DNA of 64,000 nucleotides from an uncultured Acidobacteriota bacterium (GTDB lineage: Bacteria; Acidobacteriota; Thermoanaerobaculia; UBA5066; DATFVB01): assembly GCA_963773815.1 (NCBI GenBank), contig CAVZCI010000003.1, positions 151,749-215,748 on the forward strand. The letters are read 5' to 3'. The notes below the pieces were generated by a model. The model saw nothing but the letters and a program-made list of their open reading frames with translations. It made no database searches and had not been told where the DNA came from. Every line of letters begins with the position of its first letter. Position 1 is the stretch's first letter. A program made the translations under genes and the position numbers. Positions 1 through 9,463 of the stretch are shown here, one piece after another.

Positions 1-1026
1 GAAGCCAAGAAAATCCGGACGGAGGACGATCTCGGCATGGGATGGGTGATCGGCGGCTCGATCATTCTGGCGCTTCTCATCACGGTTCTTCCGAAATTTC
101 CCCATGGGCCGTTTCCGGGCTCGCTTGTCATGGGTCTCCTCGTCGTCGTCTTCGGGTTCTTTTTCGTGACGGTGTCGTCCCGGATCGTCGGCATCATCGG
201 GACCTCTTCGAACCCGATCTCCGGGATGACGATCGCGACGCTGATGGCAACTTGCGTCGTCTTCGTCCTGCTCGGACGCACGGGGGACATCTTCCAGCCC
301 GTCGCTCTTTGCGTCGGCGCGCTCGTCTGCGTCGCGGCGGCGAACGCGGGCGCGACGTCGCAGGACCTGAAGACGGGTTACCTCGTCGGCGCGACGCCGC
401 GAAAACAGCAGATCGGGTTCATCATCGGCGTTCTCGTCTCGACGCTCGCGATCGGGGGAACGCTGTTCCTGCTCGACAGCACGCTGAAAGGTCCCAACGA
501 GCTGCACGGGATCGGCGGCACACAGCTTCCGGCCCCGCAGGCCACTCTGATGGCGACGATCATCAAGGGGCTCCTCGCGAACAACCTGCCCTGGGCTCCC
601 GTGCTCGTCGGCGCGTTTCTCGCGATCATGGCCCAGCTCGCCGGCGCCCACGCGCTCTCCTGGGCGGTCGGCGCCTACCTTCCTCTTTCGACGACCTTCC
701 CGATCTGGATCGGCGGCATGATGAAGGCCCTCGCGGACAAGATGAGTCACCGCAAAGACGAGTCGGAGCTTTCCTCCGGGATGCTCTACGCAACCGGGCT
801 CGTCGCGGGGGGCTCTCTCGGCGGCGTCGCGATCGCGTTCGTCGCGTTCTTCGGCGACCGGATACTCCACATGGAAAAACCGCCGCTCCTCGATTTCCTC
901 GACATGGGAGCCCGGTTCTATCCCGCCTTCAAGAGCGGGATCGGTGGCCAGGCGCTTTGCGCCTTCGTGTTCGCGGTGCTCTGCGTGCTGCTCGTCCGGA
1001 ACGCGCGCAAGGACCTGGAAGCGTGA
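1..1026 (+). CDS. OPT-family oligopeptide transporter, C-terminal part (5' end lies outside the window)
   Basis: Open from base 1 in frame 1; multi-TM hydrophobic protein with the OPT-like motif SQDLKTGYLVGATPRKQQ; stop at 1024-1026. Confidence 0.75.
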   Translation, partial: EAKKIRTEDDLGMGWVIGGSIILALLITVLPKFPHGPFPGSLVMGLLVVVFGFFFVTVSSRIVGIIGTSSNPISGMTIATLMATCVVFVLLGRTGDIFQPVALCVGALVCVAAANAGATSQDLKTGYLVGATPRKQQIGFIIGVLVSTLAIGGTLFLLDSTLKGPNELHGIGGTQLPAPQATLMATIIKGLLANNLPWAPVLVGAFLAIMAQLAGAHALSWAVGAYLPLSTTFPIWIGGMMKALADKMSHRKDESELSSGMLYATGLVAGGSLGGVAIAFVAFFGDRILHMEKPPLLDFLDMGARFYPAFKSGIGGQALCAFVFAVLCVLLVRNARKDLEA

Positions 1027-1040
1027 TCTTCGGAGGAAGA

Positions 1041-2351
1041 ATGAACAAGAGGGCCTGGATTTCGCTCATCGCGGGCTGGATTTTCGCCGCCGCGCTGCCC
1101 GCGGTGGCTCAAACGGCGCCCGCGCCGAGACCCGTCGTCCTGAAAGCGGCGCGGATCTTCGATTCCCGCAGCGGACGGATCTCTTCGCCGGGGCTCGTCG
1201 TCGTCGACGGGGGGAAAATCGCGTCCGTCGGCGGCGCGGCGCCCGCCGGGGCGGAAGTCGTCGACCTCGGCGACGCGACGCTTCTGCCCGGGTTCATCGA
1301 CGCGCATGTCCATCTGACGGGAGAGTCCTCCGAGAACTGGTTCCGCGATTTCTATCAGAGGGTCATGCGGTTTCCGGCCGAGCAGGCGCACTACGCCGCG
1401 ATGTACGCGAAACGCACTCTCGACGCGGGATTCACGACCGTGCGCGACGTCGGTTCGAGCGACTACCTGGCGATGGGACTGCGCAATGCGATCAACGCCG
1501 GCGTCGCGGAAGGGCCCCGGATGCTCGTCTCGAACTACCCGATCGGGGCGACGGGGGGCCACACGGACGGTTCTCCCTTTCCGCCCGACGTCGTGAAGCC
1601 GCGCGGCCCGATCGAGGGCGTCTGCAACGGCCCGGCGGAGTGCCGGGAAGCGGTCCGGTTTCAGATCAAGTACGGCGCCGACGTCATCAAGTGCATGCCC
1701 TCGGGAGGCGTGCTCTCGATCTCGGATCCGGTCGACGCGCCCGAGCTTACCCAGGAAGAGATGAGCGCGATCGTCTCGGAAGCGCACGCCTGGGGGCGAA
1801 AGGTCGCCGCGCACTGCCACGGCGACGCTGCCGCGAAGATCGCGATCGCGGCGGGAGTCGATTCGATCGAGCACGGGTCTTTCCTGAAACCGGACACGCT
1901 GGCGCTCATGAAGCAGAAGGGGACCTACCTCGTGCCCACGCTCTACGCCGGCGAATGGGTCGGATCCCACGCCGACAAGTTTCCCCCCGCAATCGCGGCC
2001 AAGGCGCGCGCGGCGTCCGCCGCCATGACCGCGATGTTTCGCGAGGCGGTGCGCCAGGGCGTGAAGATCGCCCTCGGCACGGACGCCGCCGTCGAGCCGC
2101 ACGGCGGCAACGCGCGGGAGTTTGCCCTGATGGTCGAGGGCGGGCTTTCGCCGGCCGCGTCGCTGCAGGCGGGGACGGTCGGCGGCGCGGACCTCCTGGG
2201 AATCACGGCGATCGCGGGGTCGCTCGAGGCGGGGAAATCCGCCGATGTCGTGGCTGTCCCGGGAAATCCCGTGACCGACATCCGCGCGACCGGAAAAGTC
2301 TTTTTCGTGATGAAAGAGGGAAAGGTCGTCAAGAACTCCCGGCCCTCCTGA
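1041..2351 (+). CDS. Secreted amidohydrolase-family metal-dependent hydrolase (imidazolonepropionase / Xaa-Pro dipeptidase-like)
   Basis: ATG at 1041 followed by a signal peptide (MNKRAWISLIAGWIFAAALPAVAQ); motifs PGFIDAHVHL and later HCHGD/H typical of the amidohydrolase superfamily. It is a sub-segment of the spurious 769-aa ORF 42..2351. Confidence 0.8.
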   Translation: MNKRAWISLIAGWIFAAALPAVAQTAPAPRPVVLKAARIFDSRSGRISSPGLVVVDGGKIASVGGAAPAGAEVVDLGDATLLPGFIDAHVHLTGESSENWFRDFYQRVMRFPAEQAHYAAMYAKRTLDAGFTTVRDVGSSDYLAMGLRNAINAGVAEGPRMLVSNYPIGATGGHTDGSPFPPDVVKPRGPIEGVCNGPAECREAVRFQIKYGADVIKCMPSGGVLSISDPVDAPELTQEEMSAIVSEAHAWGRKVAAHCHGDAAAKIAIAAGVDSIEHGSFLKPDTLALMKQKGTYLVPTLYAGEWVGSHADKFPPAIAAKARAASAAMTAMFREAVRQGVKIALGTDAAVEPHGGNAREFALMVEGGLSPAASLQAGTVGGADLLGITAIAGSLEAGKSADVVAVPGNPVTDIRATGKVFFVMKEGKVVKNSRPS

Positions 2352-2356
2352 CTCGA

Positions 2357-2776
2357 ATGGACGAAGAGATTTCCCGCGTCCTCGATGCCAATCGAAGCTT
2401 CTACGCGGCCCTCGAACGCCGCAACCTCGGCGAGATGGAGGCGTGCTGGTCGCACGCGGACGACATCGCGTGCACGCACCCGGGCTGGCACCGTCTGGAC
2501 GGTTGGGACGAGGTCTCGCGGTCGTGGCGGGCGATTTTCGCGAACTCCCGTGCTTGGCGCGTGCGGTGCGAGTCGGAAAGGGCCGTCGTGAGCGGAGACC
2601 TGGCCGTGGTTTTCTGCCTCGAAAACCTCGAAGCCGTCGGCGCTCAGGGCGATCCGGCGCGGATGCAGGCGACGAACGTTTTCCGAAGAGAGGACGGGGC
2701 CTGGAAGATGGTTCACCACCACGCGTCGCCGATGCCCGACGTCGAGGCGAGCGAGGGAGAGGATACCGTCAACTGA
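2357..2776 (+). CDS. SnoaL-like / DUF4440 (NTF2-fold) protein
   Basis: ATG at 2357, 4 nt after the upstream stop; 139 aa with the acidic, W-rich pattern (WSHADDIACTHPGW...GAWKMVHHHAS) typical of ketosteroid-isomerase-like NTF2 proteins. Confidence 0.55.
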   Translation: MDEEISRVLDANRSFYAALERRNLGEMEACWSHADDIACTHPGWHRLDGWDEVSRSWRAIFANSRAWRVRCESERAVVSGDLAVVFCLENLEAVGAQGDPARMQATNVFRREDGAWKMVHHHASPMPDVEASEGEDTVN

Positions 2777-3403
2777 CGCGCCCTTCCCGCTCGGAATCGC
2801 AGGAAGCCGTTCGCGACCATTACGCGCGCCACGCGGAGGACTACGACCGCCGCTGGTCGGCGTACGTCGAGGCGACGACCCGCGAGACGATCGCGCGAAT
2901 GCCGGCGAGCTCCGGCGCTCGGATTCTCGATGTCGGCTGCGGAACGGGCGTGCTCCTCGGCCGGCTTTCGGCTTCCGGAATCGGAATGCTCTTCGGGATC
3001 GATCCCGTGCCGGAAATGCTCGCCGTCGCGCGCCGGCGGCTGCCCGCCGGCGTCGAGTGGTGCGAGGGCTCGGCCGGCCGGCTTCCCTATTCCGAAACGC
3101 CTTCGATGTCGTCGTGTCGTGCAGCATGTTTCACTACCTTTCGGATCCGCTCGGCGCGCTCGAGGAAATGAAGCGGGTCCTTGCGCCGGGGGAACGGTCG
3201 TCGTCACCGACTGGTGCGCCGATTTCTTCGTCTGCCGGGTCTGCGAATGGTACCTGTCCGCCTTCCGGCGCGTTGCCTACTCGGTCTACCGGGCGAGCGA
3301 ATTCGTTTCGCTTCTCGGCCGCGCCGGCTTCTCCGACGCCACCGTGGACCGGTACAAGATCAGTCCGCTCTGGGGCGTGATGACCGCGACGGCGAGGAAG
3401 TAA
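2773..3403 (+). CDS. Class I SAM-dependent methyltransferase (Methyltransf_11-like), split by two apparent frameshifts
   Basis: ILDVGCGTGVLL (SAM motif I) in frame 1, FDVVVSCSMFHYLSDP in frame 0 and the C-terminus in frame 2. The three frames join into one colinear methyltransferase. No canonical start codon (possible CTG at 2773). Shifts near 3075 and 3190. Confidence 0.5.
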
Positions 3404-3425
3404 GCCTTCCCCTTCGATCCGCCGC

Positions 3426-4605
3426 TCACACGACCCCGAACTTCTTGCCCACCTTCCGGAACGCTTCGACGGCGAACGCGAGATCTTTCTCCGAGTGCGC
3501 GGCCGAGACCTGGCAGCGCAGGCGCGCGTGTCCCTGCGGCACGACGGGGAAGCCGAAGCCCGAGACGTAGACGCCTTCGTCGAAGAGCGCGGCCGACATC
3601 GCGAGCGCCTTCGCCGTGTCGCCGACGATTACGGGGACGATCGGGTGGATCCCCTCCGGAATCGTGAACCCCGCGTTCTTGATTTCTCTTCGGAAATAGA
3701 GCGAGTTCGAGCGGAGCTTCGCGACGGGCGAAGGGTCTTCCATCAGCATGCGAAAGGCCTCGAGGGACCCTCCCGCGACGGCCGGTGGAAGCGAATTGGA
3801 AAAGAGCGACGTCCGCGACCGCTGGCGGAGCATTTCGACCAGAGGCGAGGGCCCCGTGACGAATCCGCCCGCCGCCGAGCCCATCGCCTTGCCGAGCGTG
3901 CCGGTCGTGACGGGGATCTTGCCGTGGATTCCTTCCTCTTCCGCGGTTCCGCGCCCGGTCTTTCCGAGGACGCCCGTCGCGTGCGAGTCGTCGACGACGA
4001 AGAGCGCGCCGTACTTTTCGGAGATCGAAAAGCAGCTTCGGAAGGTCGGCGAGCTCTCCTTCCATCGAGAACACGCCGTCGGTGACCATCATCTTGAACC
4101 GGGAGGTCGCGTCTTCCGAGAGCATTTTTTCGTACGCGTCCGAGTCGGAATGCGGCACCTTGAAGCGCTTCGCCTTGCACAGGCGGATGCCGTCGATGAT
4201 CGACGCGTGGTTGAGCTCGTCGGAATAGAGGCCGTCGGCCTCTTCGAGCACGGCGGGGAAGAGCCCTTCGTTCGCGTTCCAGCACGACATGTAGAGGATC
4301 GTGTCCTGCGTCTCGAAGAACTCCGAGATCGTCTCCTCGAGGTCCTTGTGGAGCTGTTCGGTTCCGCAGATGAAGCGCACCGAGCCGAGGCCGGCGCCCC
4401 ACCGGTCGATCGCCTTCTTCTGGGCCTCGCGGATCCGCGGGTGGTTCGCGAAGCCGAGGTAATTGTTCGAGGTCAGCATCAGGACGTCGCGACCCTCGAC
4501 CCGGACGTGCGCGTCCTGCGCCGATTCGAGCACCCGCTCGACCTTCAGGGTCTTGTTCGCCGCCAGTTTCGCCAGCTCTCCCGCGAGATGTTCGATCAGT
4601 TGCAT
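3426..4605 (-). CDS. kbl: Glycine C-acetyltransferase (2-amino-3-ketobutyrate CoA ligase), one apparent frameshift near 4025-4035
   Basis: N-terminal MQLIEHLAGELAKL...NNYLGFANHPR...MVTDGVFSMEGELADLPK in one frame. Continuation ISEKYGALFVVDDSHATGVLGKTGRG...GTLGKAMGSAAGGF... in the adjacent frame up to the stop at 3426. The PLP-lysine region is conserved. ATG at 4605-4603. Confidence 0.8.
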
Positions 4606-4777
4606 GCGCGAAGAATATCGCGGTCCTGCTCGCCCCGCCTTCGGGGTCCTGCCCGGCGTCACCTTCCGGCTGTCCGTGGAGCCTTCACACCGGTTTTCGA
4701 CCCGCGACCGCGCTCCACTCCAGCGGGCAGGCGGAAGGTATCCGCCGCCGGTCACCCCTCAGGCGGGGTCTCGCCGG

Positions 4778-4867
4778 CTAGTTCCAGAACCCGACTACTC
4801 GGCGGATCTTTCCGTTCGGCGCGCCGATCACGATCGTCCTTTCCAGGAAAAAGGGAAGCTCCATCAT
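4778..4867 (-). CDS. 29-aa small ORF (MMELPFFLERTIVIGAPNGKIRRVVGFWN) apparently translationally coupled to the ArsR gene; possibly a 5' remnant of a truncated downstream gene
   Basis: Its ATG overlaps the ArsR stop as ATGA; third codon positions are G/C-rich like genuine genes of this genome; no similarity recognised. Confidence 0.3.
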   Translation of the reverse strand: MMELPFFLERTIVIGAPNGKIRRVVGFWN

Positions 4868-5205
4868 GGCGTTCTCCTTCCGGTTGCCGACCTCGGGCCT
4901 CTTCGAGAGGCCTCCAGCTCGGCTCGCGTCTTCAAGCGTTCCAGGGCGTCGTCCCACATTCGCTCGAGCACCACCCGCAGGTCTCCAAACGCTTTCTTGT
5001 CCGCCGCGTAGTACCGCCGCCGCCCATCCGGACGCACGGCGACAAGGCCGGCGGTCTCGAGGACGCGCAGGTGCTGAGACACCGCGCCAAACGTCACGTC
5101 CGGCATCTCGCGCGCGATTTCCCCGGCCGAGCGCTCGCTGCTCCAAACGAGCCGCAGGATTTCGCGCCGGCGGGGCGCGGCGACGACTTCGAGGGCATCC
5201 GGCAT
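4864..5205 (-). CDS. ArsR/SmtB-family metalloregulator-type HTH transcriptional regulator
   Basis: 113 aa; PRRREILRLV...AGEIAREMPDVTFGAVSQHLRVLETAGLV is a classic ArsR winged-helix. ATG at 5205-5203. It is the C-terminal part of spurious ORF 4864..6237. Confidence 0.75.
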   Translation of the reverse strand: MPDALEVVAAPRRREILRLVWSSERSAGEIAREMPDVTFGAVSQHLRVLETAGLVAVRPDGRRRYYAADKKAFGDLRVVLERMWDDALERLKTRAELEASRRGPRSATGRRTP

Positions 5206-5217
5206 TGGTGATATTTT

Positions 5218-5227
5218 AGTTATAACT
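5218..5227. promoter_or_regulatory. Perfect 10-bp palindrome AGTTATAACT in an AT-rich island immediately upstream of the ArsR gene (candidate operator)
   Basis: Reverse complement is identical; lies 13 bp upstream of the ArsR start in a ~50-bp AT-rich stretch (5207-5260) in an otherwise GC-rich context. Confidence 0.4.
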
Positions 5228-5453
5228 AAACTAATGTCAATCGGTAGAATCCCGCTCCGGATCTGACACTTGCTCGGCACGGCGTCGGGGTCCTGCCGCC
5301 GGCCACCCCGCGGAGATCCTCGGCACGGGCCACACCTATTCATTTTCGAGTTGAATCCTCGGCGGCCTGCGGGTTCCGCGGGGTCCCTGGCCGGCGTCAC
5401 CCCTTCCGTGCCTTCGCTTGACGGGTGTCGGAACCCTGTCCCCGAGCGAACGG

Positions 5454-6554
5454 CTAGGGCTTCCCGTTCGGGTAGAACACGACTTTCATCGCCTCGCGCG
5501 AAGCGAGGAGCGTCTGCGCTTCGTGGAATCGGTCGAGGCCTTCGAATTCGTGCGAGACGAAGTCGTCGACCTTCAGACCCGCGCGCAGCAGGTCGAGCAT
5601 CTTCACCCATGTCGCGAAGACCTGCCGGCCGATGATCGCTTTCAGCGTGACGCCTTTGTAGATGAGGTCGCGCGAATAGTTCGAAATCGTCACGGCGTTG
5701 CCTTTCGGAAGGCCGAGCAGCGAGATCCATCCCCCGGGACAGACGATTTCCAGCCCGAGGTTGATCGAGGCCTCGGCGCCGGAAAGCTCGAGGACGACGT
5801 CGGCGGCGCCGCCGAGGGCGTCCCGCACCGCGGCCGCCGGCTGAACCTCGGCGCGCAGGTCGATGGCCGTGACGTTGCGCGCTCCGCGGTCCTTCGCCCA
5901 GCGCTTCGCCTCGGCGATCGCATGCTCGTTGACGTCCGTGATCGCGATCGACGACGCGCCGGAGATGCGAGCGATCTCCGCGCAGAAGGCGCCGATCGGC
6001 CCGAATCCCAGGACGGCCACCGACCGGCCCGACAGGTCCACGACCTGCGTCGTGTGAACCGCGTTTCCGAGCGCGTCGAGGAAAGCGCCGACCTTCGGCG
6101 GAACGACGCTGCGGTCGAGCGGTACGATGTTGTCCGCGGGGACCTTCACGTACTGCGCGAAGCAGCCGTCTCCGTCGAGGCCGAGAATGCGGGTGTTCTC
6201 GCAGACATGCCTCTCCCCTTTCCGGCACGGCCGGCAATGCCCGCAGGTAACGTGCATTTCGGCGGACGCATAGGCGCCGACCGAGAGGGACGGGCGTTCA
6301 GCCCCGGGGCCGAACGCGACGATCTCTCCGCAGAATTCGTGCCCGGTGATCCGGGGGGGCGAGACGCGATTCTGGATCGAAGGGTCCCAATCGTAGATGT
6401 GCCGGTCCGTGCCGCAGACCGCCGTCGCAAGGACCTTCAGCAGGACTTCTCCCGGGCCGGGGTCCGGCGTCGGGACGTCCAGGATTTCCGTCGCGTCTCC
6501 TCCGGCGGCCGCCCTCGTCTTGACAACCGCCTTCATCGTCGAAGGAATCTTCAC
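5454..6554 (-). CDS. tdh: L-threonine 3-dehydrogenase (zinc-dependent MDR family)
   Basis: MKAVVK...GPGEVLLKV...CGTDRHIY...GHEFCGEIV...CGHCRPCRKG; full-length conservation with Tdh. GTG at 6554 with a GGGAGG Shine-Dalgarno 7 nt upstream (alternative ATG at 6536). Confidence 0.85.
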   Translation of the reverse strand: MKIPSTMKAVVKTRAAAGGDATEILDVPTPDPGPGEVLLKVLATAVCGTDRHIYDWDPSIQNRVSPPRITGHEFCGEIVAFGPGAERPSLSVGAYASAEMHVTCGHCRPCRKGERHVCENTRILGLDGDGCFAQYVKVPADNIVPLDRSVVPPKVGAFLDALGNAVHTTQVVDLSGRSVAVLGFGPIGAFCAEIARISGASSIAITDVNEHAIAEAKRWAKDRGARNVTAIDLRAEVQPAAAVRDALGGAADVVLELSGAEASINLGLEIVCPGGWISLLGLPKGNAVTISNYSRDLIYKGVTLKAIIGRQVFATWVKMLDLLRAGLKVDDFVSHEFEGLDRFHEAQTLLASREAMKVVFYPNGKP

Positions 6555-6572
6555 TGCCGCGCCTCCCGGGAT

Positions 6573-7931
6573 TCAGTCACCTGCTTCATCGTCCCGCACG
6601 AACGCTCCGGCATCGTCGCGGTCGGCGACGTCTACCGGGCGAACGTACTTTTCGACGTGCCGCCGCGTGTCGCCCGCCTTCAATTTCTCGAAGAGGAAAT
6701 CGAACTTCTCCTCCAGGTCGCGCGAGATCGCGCCCCGGGTGCCGACCGGCAGCGCCCACAGGGCCTCCTTGAAAGGGCCGAGAGCTTTCTTTCTCGCCTT
6801 GTAGAGAAACTGTTCCTGCGTTTCGCCGGGTTTGCGCTCGCCGGCGGCGTGGTCGTTGAGCCAGCGGTAGATCGTCTCCCGCAGGAGGCCGGGAAAGGCC
6901 GGGTGGTCGAGGATCATGTTCTGAAATCCCGTCGCGAGGTGGATCTCGGCGGCCTCCGCCCGCGGAAAGAGGCCGAAGTCGCTTTCCGGCAGCGTCGAGG
7001 CGCCGTGCTGGACCGCGCCGGCGAGGCCGAACTCCTCGCGCGCGATCCGCGAGATCGTCTCGATCGCCGAGAAGTCCACCGACATTCGTTTCAGGCTCCC
7101 GTCGGGCGCGACCATGCCGCCGTGGGCGGAGCCCGTCTGAATGGACACCTTCGCGATTCCCTTCTCCCCGGAGAGGTTTCCCGAGTAGCCGCGCATGTAG
7201 GCGCGGAATTCCTCCGGCGTCGAGTTCTCCTTGCCGACCTCGCCGATCTCACCTCCGATGGAAATCGCGACCTCCCGGGGCTGGTGGCGGCGGATATATC
7301 GGGTGAAGTGCGCGCAATTCTCGTAGTTCGGCCGCTGCTGCTCGTCGAGCGTGGGCTTCGAGAGATCGACGAGCGTCGAGGTGTCGATGTCGATCTGATA
7401 GAACCGCGCGGCGATCGCCTCCCGGATGAGATCCTCGATGGCTTTCACTTCCTTCGCGGGATCCGTTTTCATCTTTTTCGCGTTGGTCTGGAAGTGATCG
7501 CCCTGCAGGAACACGGGTCCGGTCCATTCTTCGCGCAGAGCGGCGGCGAGGACGACCGACGCGTATTCGGCGGGCCGCTGGTCCGTGTAGCCGATCTCGC
7601 TCCGCGCGATTTCGAAGATAAAGGCCCCGGCGGAGAGCTTCTTCGCCGTCCGAAAGACGGCGCGCGCGCAGTCGTAGGTGAGAGCCCGGAGGTTGAGCGC
7701 GGGAACGGTGAACCCGCCGATCTCGCCGCGGCCGCGCGCTTCGTAGAGAGGCAGGATCGACGCCGGAAGGATGCCTCGGTCGGCCGCGAGCCGGCGGATG
7801 CGGTCGCGGGCGGCGCGCTTTTCCGCTTCGCCTTCGAACACGGCGCTCCAGACCAGGTTGTCGACTTCGCGGGCGCCGTAGCGGAGCTCGCCGGCAGAAA
7901 GCAATTCCTTCGACGCTTCGATCGTGCTCAT
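6573..7931 (-). CDS. Class II fructose/ketose-bisphosphate aldolase family protein (long form, 452 aa)
   Basis: GGFTVPALNL, LQGDHF, IQTGSAHGGM and AVQHGASTLPES match the zinc-binding and phosphate-binding motifs of class II aldolases (FbaA/GatY). Confidence 0.7.
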   Translation of the reverse strand: MSTIEASKELLSAGELRYGAREVDNLVWSAVFEGEAEKRAARDRIRRLAADRGILPASILPLYEARGRGEIGGFTVPALNLRALTYDCARAVFRTAKKLSAGAFIFEIARSEIGYTDQRPAEYASVVLAAALREEWTGPVFLQGDHFQTNAKKMKTDPAKEVKAIEDLIREAIAARFYQIDIDTSTLVDLSKPTLDEQQRPNYENCAHFTRYIRRHQPREVAISIGGEIGEVGKENSTPEEFRAYMRGYSGNLSGEKGIAKVSIQTGSAHGGMVAPDGSLKRMSVDFSAIETISRIAREEFGLAGAVQHGASTLPESDFGLFPRAEAAEIHLATGFQNMILDHPAFPGLLRETIYRWLNDHAAGERKPGETQEQFLYKARKKALGPFKEALWALPVGTRGAISRDLEEKFDFLFEKLKAGDTRRHVEKYVRPVDVADRDDAGAFVRDDEAGD

Positions 7932-7992
7932 CGTGCTCCTCCGATGCCGGATTCTATCCGCCCGGGGGGACGGGCGCTCCGGCGTCGGGTTT

Positions 7993-8949
7993 CTAGGGAT
8001 TGCGGAAACTCTCCTGGCTCCACGGAATCGAGACGTTCACCGTGTAATCGCCGCGGCGCTTTCCGGAGAGACGACGCGCGATCGCGAAAGTTCCCGCCGC
8101 GGTGACCTCGGAGGGAGCGATCGTGATGCTCTGCTCGTCGCCGCCGTCCATCACAATGATATCGGTCGAGAGATTCTTCAGGATCAGGTGCAGCGGGCGC
8201 TCCAGGCCCGCCAGACCGATGACTTCCGCTGCGAATGACGTGGAATCTCCCGTGTGGATGATCGGGCGCGGCGGGGTCAGCCGGAGGCCCACCGAGCGGA
8301 ATACTCCGGAGAGGGCCGCGGTCCCTTTTCGAAACTCGATTCGAGTCTCGCCGACGGGCTCCTTCGGGACGTCGAAGACGCAGGAGCGCGGCGATTCCGC
8401 GACGATCGTCGCTCTGGTGCTGCCGATCTTCACCAGGGTGCCCCGGAGGTCGCCGTCGAAGGGTCCGACGATGCGCGCGCGATTGAAGACGAGGCCCTCG
8501 GTCGGCAGAACGAAGCTCGCGCGCCCCGGATAGGTCGCCCCTCCTGGAACGGAAAGAAGCAAATGGTCGAGCGGCTTCGATTCCGCTTCGAGAACCACCT
8601 CAATGGAATCGAGGTCGGAAACCTTCGGGCACGTGAACACGCTGAGGCTCACGGGGAACCTCTCGCCGCAGATCTCTACGGTCAGTGAACGGAGCGCCTC
8701 GGCATTCCTGGCGCGCTCCGCTTCCTTGGTTCCCTTCGGCAGCGTCGCGAACGTTCCCGAGACGCGGTCCCCGGGCGCGAGGTCGCTCGGAAGGTTCGCG
8801 TAGAGGTTCCCGAGATTCGTCCCGAAATTCGCGGAAAGGATTCCCGGGCCGACCTCCACGATGCGGGACTCGATAATCACGTGGGGGACGCCCCTTCCCG
8901 ACGCCAGGGCGGACAGCGAGATCGCCGCGAGCATAAAGAGTCTCTTCAT
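7993..8949 (-). CDS. Secreted hypothetical protein (N-terminal signal peptide)
   Basis: MKRLFMLAAISLSALASG signal peptide; 318 aa; no recognisable catalytic motif. Confidence 0.55.
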   Translation of the reverse strand: MKRLFMLAAISLSALASGRGVPHVIIESRIVEVGPGILSANFGTNLGNLYANLPSDLAPGDRVSGTFATLPKGTKEAERARNAEALRSLTVEICGERFPVSLSVFTCPKVSDLDSIEVVLEAESKPLDHLLLSVPGGATYPGRASFVLPTEGLVFNRARIVGPFDGDLRGTLVKIGSTRATIVAESPRSCVFDVPKEPVGETRIEFRKGTAALSGVFRSVGLRLTPPRPIIHTGDSTSFAAEVIGLAGLERPLHLILKNLSTDIIVMDGGDEQSITIAPSEVTAAGTFAIARRLSGKRRGDYTVNVSIPWSQESFRNP

Positions 8950-9020
8950 TGCCGGATCTCTCCTTTGCGCATCAAGGTAGCAGGTTTCTGCTACGCTTTC
9001 CGCTCCGACCGGAGGAAACC

Positions 9021-9434
9021 TTGATTCGACTCTCCCGGCAGATTCATTTCAACGCCTCCCGTCATCTCTGGCGGGCCGATTGGAGCGAGGATCGAAATCG
9101 CTCCACGTTCGGCGAGGAGTCCCCGCACGGGTACGGGCACAACTATCGTCTGGAGGTGGAGATCTCGGGCGAGATCGACCCGGAAAAGGCGATGGTCGTG
9201 AACCTCACCGACCTCGACCGGATCCTGAAGGAAGAAGTCGACCGCCCCCTCGACCACCGGAACCTCAACCTCGACGTTCCCGGATTCGAAACGACGATCC
9301 CGACGTTCGAGAACCTCGCGCGATGGATCTGGGAGCGCGTTTCGGCGCGGATCGAAAAGGAAAAGTGGCCGTGCCGCATCTCGAGGCTGAAACTCTCGCC
9401 GACGCCGGAGATCACCGTCGAGATCGAGGAGTGA
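9021..9434 (+). CDS. queD: 6-pyruvoyl-tetrahydropterin synthase / QueD family protein
   Basis: TTG at 9021 with GGAGG 7 nt upstream; HGYGHNY metal-binding motif, NLTDLD, and the LARWIWERV helix align with QueD/PTPS. Confidence 0.65.
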   Translation: MIRLSRQIHFNASRHLWRADWSEDRNRSTFGEESPHGYGHNYRLEVEISGEIDPEKAMVVNLTDLDRILKEEVDRPLDHRNLNLDVPGFETTIPTFENLARWIWERVSARIEKEKWPCRISRLKLSPTPEITVEIEE

Positions 9435-9463
9435 AGGGTCGCTCGCCGCTCCCGGGTCCTCGC

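Noticed and set aside
42-2351. 769-aa ORF spanning the end of the OPT transporter gene and the amidohydrolase gene; 394-aa antisense ORFs at 918..2102 and 1943..3127
   Set aside because: Read-through artefacts of very high GC content. Only the segment from ATG 1041 has a signal peptide, amidohydrolase motifs and G/C-rich third codon positions; the N-terminal part is Arg/Asp-rich nonsense overlapping the transporter in another frame.
4864-6237. 457-aa minus-strand ORF overlapping tdh
   Set aside because: Only its last 113 codons (the ArsR regulator) are genuine. The upstream part is an Arg/Pro/Gly-rich out-of-frame overlap of tdh.
8102-8533. Plus-strand ORFs of 104-144 aa antisense to the 7993..8949 secreted-protein gene
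   Set aside because: No start context and A/T-rich third codon positions; they are mirror ORFs of the minus-strand gene.
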